From: an uncultured archaeon
GTDB lineage: Archaea > Asgardarchaeota > Jordiarchaeia > Jordiarchaeales > Jordiarchaeaceae
Assembly: GCA_964510585.1 (NCBI GenBank)
Contig: CAZECW010000075.1
Span: 2,696 to 34,695, forward strand
Reading direction: 5' to 3'
Length of the DNA stretch: 32,000 nt
Shown here: positions 26,802-32,000 of the stretch, piece after piece
How positions within the stretch are numbered: the first letter of the stretch is position 1
Layout: every line of letters starts with the position of its first letter
The notes under the pieces: model-generated
Database searches by the model: none
Seen by the model: the letters and a program-made list of their open reading frames with translations, nothing else
What the model was told of the DNA's origin: nothing
Made by a program: the position numbers and the translations under genes

Positions 26802-28322
26802 TTATTCGCTTTTTTCAATTATATGGTTGGCTGCCAGTTTGCCAGTGTACATAGATGTGGGGTAGCCTCCCAGGAACAGTTCACGGGCTGAGGAAATGCC
26901 TACTACTAAAAGGTTGGGGATAGGAGTTTCAATTAGCAGTTTTTTTCCGATTTTGCTTTGTTCCTTAATATTCCATGACCAGCCGGCGATAGAGCCCTGG
27001 TATCGGTTTCCCCAGTCTTGATAGGTTAGGGGTGTAGCTATTTCCATTTTCTCAATGGAGCTTGACAGCCCGGGTAACAAACTTTCCACGGTGTGTATTA
27101 GTTTTTTTGCCAGTTTTTTCTTATAGTTGAGGTAGCCCTCCCTTCTTTTCTTCTCGCCTGTCCTCCACATGGAGAAATGGTCGTAAGGGAAACTGACGCG
27201 TAGAATGAGGGTGGCCTTTCCGGGCGGAGCTGAGTCTGGTGCGTTGGCGGACCATAGGCATATTTCTATTTCTCGGTTGTCAAAATCTTCGGGGTTAAAT
27301 TTTCGTGGGGATTTTATTTCTTTTCTGTAGAAGACGTGTTGGGCTCTCATTTTGCTTAGGTCAATTTTTTGGGGTTCCACTCCCAAGTATACGCAGAGTT
27401 CGGAGCCCGACAATGTGTAGTTTTTAACCCTGCTTAAAAATTGTTGGGGAAGATTATAGGGATTTACTAGTTCTAGGAAGGTTTTCTTATAATCAGCATT
27501 GGATACTACCCAGTGGGATTTGAAGATTTCACCATTAAAGGTTTTAACCCCTATTGCGCGCTTATTTTTGATTAGAATTTCTTTGACTCCCTTTGATAGT
27601 TTCACTTCTCCATTGTTGCTTAGAATGCATTCATAAACTAGTTGGTTTATTCCATGAATGGTGCACGAGGGATACCAGATTCCCCTCATAGTGGTGAAGT
27701 CCCACATGAATGCCAGGAGGGCTAAGGACATTGTGGGTTCATAGGTGCTTTGGGATCCCAGAAAATTCTGCAATATTTTGGTTGATATGTGTTTTTGAAG
27801 GTATTCTTTTGCTGGGACCTGTAGGTTTTCATTCATGATTTCGAGTTCCTTCTTGTGCTTGGGAAGGTTTTTTAGTGCCTCAGTCCTATTTTTGCCCATT
27901 AGGTACTCAGGATGCCATAGATGAATTTTTTTGGTGGTTTTAACTATTTCCCGCAGTTTTTGGATAAAAATGTCGATACCCCGCCTTTCATTTGAAAAAT
28001 ATTTTTTCAAATCTTTTCCCAACTTGTCAAATGATTGGGAGTAAATAATGTCGAAAAAGGGGGTGATTAGCTGAAAATGGTTGCGTTTAAAACGAATTTT
28101 TTCTCTGACTCCAATTTCACTTAATAATTCTTTTACCAAGTCAGGAGAACTGAAGGATAAGGGGCCCATCGGGAAATAGTATGGGCCTCTTCTAAAAATG
28201 TGACTGGTACCACCAATGTGTGGATTTTTCTCCAATAGCAGAACACTTTTGCCATTTTTCGCAAGTTTAGCGGCACAGTACAATCCCCCGATTCCCGCCC
28301 CCACTACTATAGCGTCATACAA
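26802..28322 (-). CDS. FAD-dependent oxidoreductase, phytoene desaturase/CrtI/RetSat-like family
   Basis: DAIVVGAGIGGL, LEK...IGG, VVSNAD, YLGV, ATPLTY...G.I.GW, GGYP....G..AA. Confidence 0.88.
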   Translation of the reverse strand: MYDAIVVGAGIGGLYCAAKLAKNGKSVLLLEKNPHIGGTSHIFRRGPYYFPMGPLSFSSPDLVKELLSEIGVREKIRFKRNHFQLITPFFDIIYSQSFDKLGKDLKKYFSNERRGIDIFIQKLREIVKTTKKIHLWHPEYLMGKNRTEALKNLPKHKKELEIMNENLQVPAKEYLQKHISTKILQNFLGSQSTYEPTMSLALLAFMWDFTTMRGIWYPSCTIHGINQLVYECILSNNGEVKLSKGVKEILIKNKRAIGVKTFNGEIFKSHWVVSNADYKKTFLELVNPYNLPQQFLSRVKNYTLSGSELCVYLGVEPQKIDLSKMRAQHVFYRKEIKSPRKFNPEDFDNREIEICLWSANAPDSAPPGKATLILRVSFPYDHFSMWRTGEKKRREGYLNYKKKLAKKLIHTVESLLPGLSSSIEKMEIATPLTYQDWGNRYQGSIAGWSWNIKEQSKIGKKLLIETPIPNLLVVGISSARELFLGGYPTSMYTGKLAANHIIEKSE

Positions 28323-28418
28323 AGAGTAACCTCCAATATTCTATGAACCAGCAGCATTTATTGGAATCATTTTCAAAATAAAAAAAGGGGGAAGTGGGTT
28401 TGTTTAGTCTTCCACCTG

Positions 28419-29357
28419 TTATAGGAGTGAAAAGAGATATTGTAGTATTTCTCTGTTAATTAGTGCTGCTTGTGATGGCTGGACGAAAAAGGGATATACA
28501 GGCATAATTCCGTAAATTGCTGCGCAGGCTACGATGGCAATCACGTTGCCAAGAAAGAATAGGAGCGAGAAAGCGTAAAAGGGATTTGACCTCACAGTTT
28601 CTTTATCGTTTTCGGTGAAATGTATTTTGCCTCTCCACAGTAGGAGTACCATGACGACAAAGGCTGAGGAGGAGAAAATAATTGTTTCAAATGCTGCTTG
28701 TCCCTCCACCACGCTTACTCCTATTCCCAGGCCGAAGAGTAATCCTAGAAAGCCAAGCAGAGAGTAGTCTAGTTGAGTGAATTTTCTGGTGTAGCCATGC
28801 TGGTTTTGCAGAATGGTCCCCGCAACTATGAAGCCAATAATTCCTAGGTAGATGAACTTGTGGCCAAGTGTTTCGTCAAAGAGATAGTTGAGGTAGTAAA
28901 TATTATTCGTAAAAGTTACAGGGTCTATGGTGAATGGAGTGTAGGGGGGAACCAGCGCAATGTAGTAAGTGAATGTGTGTAATTCGTTTGCTACGTAGCG
29001 CATCCCTAATCCGCTGAGAAATACGAAAATGAATAGCATGAAAATTATTTCCGCCAGGGTTTTGGTCTTTCTTGCCTCTTCGGTTTCTGGAGGTTGAGCC
29101 AGTATCTCCTTGAAAATTAGGTAGAGCATTATGGTTCCAATGCTTCCCAGGAGCAGGAAGCTTAGAAGCCTTCCCACAGAGAGAAAAGCGGTGAACCATG
29201 TGAACGGGTAAAATTCTGGTATGGGAATGGATACAAAGCCGTACACTTCGCCCCAGAACACCTCTAGAACCAGGGTAATAATACTCCAGCTTACAACTAG
29301 TATGAAGAGGTAAATTAGAAGCCGGTTCCGTGTAAAGAAGTCTTCACTCAATTCCAC
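28419..29357 (-). CDS. Multi-pass membrane protein, candidate CLN6 homolog
   Basis: About 7 hydrophobic segments; motifs P..WF....SVG, YLFDETLGH, VEGQ and SN occur in the same order as in CLN6 (compared from memory). Confidence 0.7.
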   Translation of the reverse strand: MELSEDFFTRNRLLIYLFILVVSWSIITLVLEVFWGEVYGFVSIPIPEFYPFTWFTAFLSVGRLLSFLLLGSIGTIMLYLIFKEILAQPPETEEARKTKTLAEIIFMLFIFVFLSGLGMRYVANELHTFTYYIALVPPYTPFTIDPVTFTNNIYYLNYLFDETLGHKFIYLGIIGFIVAGTILQNQHGYTRKFTQLDYSLLGFLGLLFGLGIGVSVVEGQAAFETIIFSSSAFVVMVLLLWRGKIHFTENDKETVRSNPFYAFSLLFFLGNVIAIVACAAIYGIMPVYPFFVQPSQAALINREILQYLFSLL

Positions 29358-29418
29358 AACCTCACAGAATTATTTTTTTAACGAAATAAATTTTGTATTC
29401 ACACTCATCATTTTTCAA

Positions 29419-30561
29419 TTAGTATTGTTCCTTGAGGTAAGGTATAATTTCCCTTGTAAGTATTTGGTAAACATGTTCATATGTGTATGGGTCGGGGTTT
29501 TTTGGGTCTTTTGCTATGTCGTTATCTATCATTAGAACAAAATGTTGAACTCCGCCTTTTATTAGTTTTTCCAATTTTTTGGTAACTTCCTCCTTTGTGC
29601 CCATGAGGGTGGCCTCTCTCACAAAATCGTTGGGAACATCCTTTACAATCTCGCCCAGCACTCCCAAGTCTAACTGGTCAATGCTGTGAAAACTAAGAAG
29701 ACTCAATTTCTCGGGACTAAAGCCCAGTTTTTTATAGAGTTCCCTCTTCTCCTCCTTCCAGTATCCTAATAGCTTCATTTCCTTGGCAAATTGGATGGGT
29801 ATTGAAAGCTTCTTGAGTTCCAAGTATAGCTGCAGCTCCGTTTCATTTTCATGTATAAAGATCCAGTTCCAGTATCCGAATGTGAAGTTTTCCATGTCCC
29901 TATTGTTTTTCTTTAGGCTGTCTTTTACCTCACCCGCCTCTGCCTTGTAGGTGTCTGCGCTTAGGGGGATGGGTATCCAGCCGTCAGCTAGGGCCCCAGC
30001 CAACCATCTAGTTTTGGGACCGTTGGCCGCCATCCAGATGGGTATGGGGTTTTTTATTGGTGGGGGTTCAAATACTGCATCCTTTAGTTCAAAAAATTCG
30101 CCCTTGTGGCTCACTTTTTGTCCTCGGGAGTTCCACAATTTTCTTAAGACCTCTATGAACTCCACCATTTTGGACACCGGCTTATTCTTGTAGGAGAAGC
30201 CATAGGTTTCAAGGTTGAAGGCCTCTCCTGCCCCTAATCCTAGGATGAATCTTCCATTGGAGATGTGGTCTATGGTCATAGAGATTTGTGCCAGTACTGC
30301 GGGGTGGTAGCGGTGGGGATCTGTGACCGCAGTTCCCAGTAAAGGCTTCCTCTTCAGCTCTGCGAATAGACTGAAAATGGGCCAAACATTATAATTCTTA
30401 AAGGGACTTATTGGTGGTAGACCGCCCAGATGGTCCCCTAACCACAGGCTATCCCAAACATTTTCGTCCACTATTTTTACAAAGTTTATGTATCTCTCCC
30501 AGTTCTCAGCTTCGTAAGCTTCTAAACTTAGGTCTATTCCAAACTTGACTCCCTTACTCAC
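29419..30561 (-). CDS. LLM-class (luciferase-like, probably F420-dependent) oxidoreductase
   Basis: DSLWLGDH, GTAVTDP.RYHPAVLAQ...T.D..SNGRFILGLGAGE..N, PIWMAA.GP, ADGW. Confidence 0.9.
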   Translation of the reverse strand: MSKGVKFGIDLSLEAYEAENWERYINFVKIVDENVWDSLWLGDHLGGLPPISPFKNYNVWPIFSLFAELKRKPLLGTAVTDPHRYHPAVLAQISMTIDHISNGRFILGLGAGEAFNLETYGFSYKNKPVSKMVEFIEVLRKLWNSRGQKVSHKGEFFELKDAVFEPPPIKNPIPIWMAANGPKTRWLAGALADGWIPIPLSADTYKAEAGEVKDSLKKNNRDMENFTFGYWNWIFIHENETELQLYLELKKLSIPIQFAKEMKLLGYWKEEKRELYKKLGFSPEKLSLLSFHSIDQLDLGVLGEIVKDVPNDFVREATLMGTKEEVTKKLEKLIKGGVQHFVLMIDNDIAKDPKNPDPYTYEHVYQILTREIIPYLKEQY

Positions 30562-30757
30562 ACTGCAACCTCCAAAATGAAGTTTAATATGGGTAAAATT
30601 AGCGCACTTCCATTATTTATTTAATCCCGATGTGTGTTCAGAGAAATGCGCCATTTTCTTGATTTTTATTGATACAAAATTAATTTTGGCGCATTGAAAA
30701 AGGTTATTACCGCCTCCCCAATTATATATAATATAAGAATATATGAGGTGATAAACT

Positions 30758-31315
30758 TTGATCACTGACGAGGAAATTCAGAAGATCAAAAAAATGAGTA
30801 AGAAGGAAAAGATGAAGTATTTGGAGAGCAGAATCAGTAGAGTGCTCTCAGAGCTTCCAGAGGAAGATAAGAAGATAATCAGAGAAGCAGGATCGCAGAT
30901 TCTGGCTAACTTGTTTTCCGGTGAAGGTATGGCACTTATGGGAAGGCTCATGGAACAAATGTTTTCCGGCATATCTGAGGAGGACATGAAGAATCTCCAG
31001 AATTTGTCTCAAGAATCGGGTGAGCAGGGACCGGAAGACTTCGCCAAAATGATGGAAATGGGTATGGGTGTGATTGAAAAAATGATGAAAAACATGGTTT
31101 CTGGCGAAGGTATGGATCTCCTAGGGAAAATGATGGGCGAAATGGTCGGCGACCCAGACAAAATGCAGTCATTACTCAACCTGTCTGGAGAAACCCAGGA
31201 AAAGCTGCAAGATATGCAAGAGCTCACAAACGCCGTTATGTGTGACTTGACACCAGAAGACTATACAGAATTAACCCAGAGACTTCAAAAGATATACGAG
31301 AAACATTTGGGATAA
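30758..31315 (+). CDS. Met-rich acidic alpha-helical hypothetical protein with internal repeat
   Basis: TTG start after GAGGTGA SD and TATA; 22 Met in 185 aa; SGEGM repeat twice. Confidence 0.8.
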   Translation: MITDEEIQKIKKMSKKEKMKYLESRISRVLSELPEEDKKIIREAGSQILANLFSGEGMALMGRLMEQMFSGISEEDMKNLQNLSQESGEQGPEDFAKMMEMGMGVIEKMMKNMVSGEGMDLLGKMMGEMVGDPDKMQSLLNLSGETQEKLQDMQELTNAVMCDLTPEDYTELTQRLQKIYEKHLG

Positions 31316-31341
31316 AAACAACAGAATAAAAAAACAAAAAG

Positions 31342-31385
31342 TATGCCCTTACATGGGGGACTTGAGGGCGTAACAAACTTTTTTT
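31342..31385 (+). terminator. Hairpin plus oligo-T putative terminator
   Basis: TATGCCCT...AGGGCGTA stem (one G-U pair) followed by a T run. Confidence 0.4.
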
Positions 31386-31770
31386 CACTCAGAATTTTTA
31401 GAAGGTCTAAAATTATAAACTGAAATTTCCGTGTGTATTTGGCTTTTGAAGGTCAATTTGGTGTTATATGATCCCTTTTTCTAGAATGGGGGGCTATTCG
31501 TGTTTCTTTTCCGTATGAGGAGCCCTCGCCAAAAGAGCCTAAAATAAGCCTTCTTTCTAGACTTGGAGACCTACTATCAGTCATTCGATAACAAAAGCTA
31601 AATAAACACAAATTTTAATTGACTTACTCATTCATTGGTAGAGTATTTGGCAAAAATTGCTTATGTCCAGATGGTTTTTGATTCTTGAAGAGCTACATTT
31701 TTTACGAGTAAATCTTGCCCAATACTGGAAGAGTGGTGGTCAGACTCTTCGTACCCGCGGCATAATGTTA

Positions 31771-31920
31771 TAGGTATGTTTTTTGCACAGGGGGTATGTG
31801 TTTTTGTTTGCTGGCTGCCTGTAAAGGAGGCGTTATTAAGCCTTCTTTTCCAAATCTAAGCCCTATTAGGGAAGTTGGACGGAACACTTCCACATACCCA
31901 AAAACAAAAATACATACCTA
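31771..31920. repeat. Imperfect 30-bp inverted repeat enclosing hairpins
   Basis: 31771-31800 vs reverse complement of 31891-31920: 22/30 identical; GGTATGT boxes at 31773 and 31793, ACATACC at 31892 and 31912. Confidence 0.7.
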
Positions 31921-32000
31921 TTACTTTGTGCCAATTTGTATTTACTCCATTTAGCAGTTTATAAACCGCTCCCGTTTGAGATAAAACTAAGTAACTCTAT

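Noticed and set aside
218..31227. Numerous short ORFs antisense to or nested in long genes (e.g. 606..899, 3177..3569, 24415..24948, 30778..30987)
   Set aside because: Shadow ORFs of well-supported genes, with no motifs or independent signals.
31955..32000. Possible CRISPR leader or first repeat at the window end
   Set aside because: No repeated unit is visible. TTTATAAA is better explained as a TATA box for something beyond the window.

Overview
AT-rich archaeal chromosomal window. Evidence: BRE/TATA-like promoters, GGAGG/GAGGTGA Shine-Dalgarno motifs, frequent TTG/GTG starts, oligo-T terminators, and an Nre protein with a PCNA-binding PIP box. The gene mix (several acyl/aryl-CoA ligases, amidohydrolases, an LLM oxidoreductase) fits a heterotrophic sediment archaeon such as an Asgard or Bathyarchaeia lineage, but that is inference. 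Most genes are scattered catabolic enzymes: a PaaK-like ligase, IlvD, an Fe-ADH, two amidohydrolases, an enolase-superfamily enzyme, two paralogous AMP-ligases, a racemase, a CrtI-like oxidoreductase and an LLM oxidoreductase. There is also an Nre + SplB-like radical SAM repair pair. Positions ~12.8-17.7 kb form a decaying accessory island: a small protein/DUF5678-like/retropepsin trio, an RHH module, HEPN-MNT, a truncated PIN, and subtilase and membrane-anchor remnants. Top leads: (1) a 312-aa membrane protein whose motifs align colinearly with eukaryotic CLN6; (2) a retropepsin whose catalytic DTG lies upstream of any canonical start and is reachable by a -1 shift at G_GGG_GGA; (3) an 80-nt near-identical 5' tract in two otherwise diverged ligase paralogs; (4) a symmetric four-box, multi-hairpin non-coding element near the right end. 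No rRNA, tRNA, CRISPR array or intact transposase was seen. All family calls come from motif recognition by eye, not database searches.
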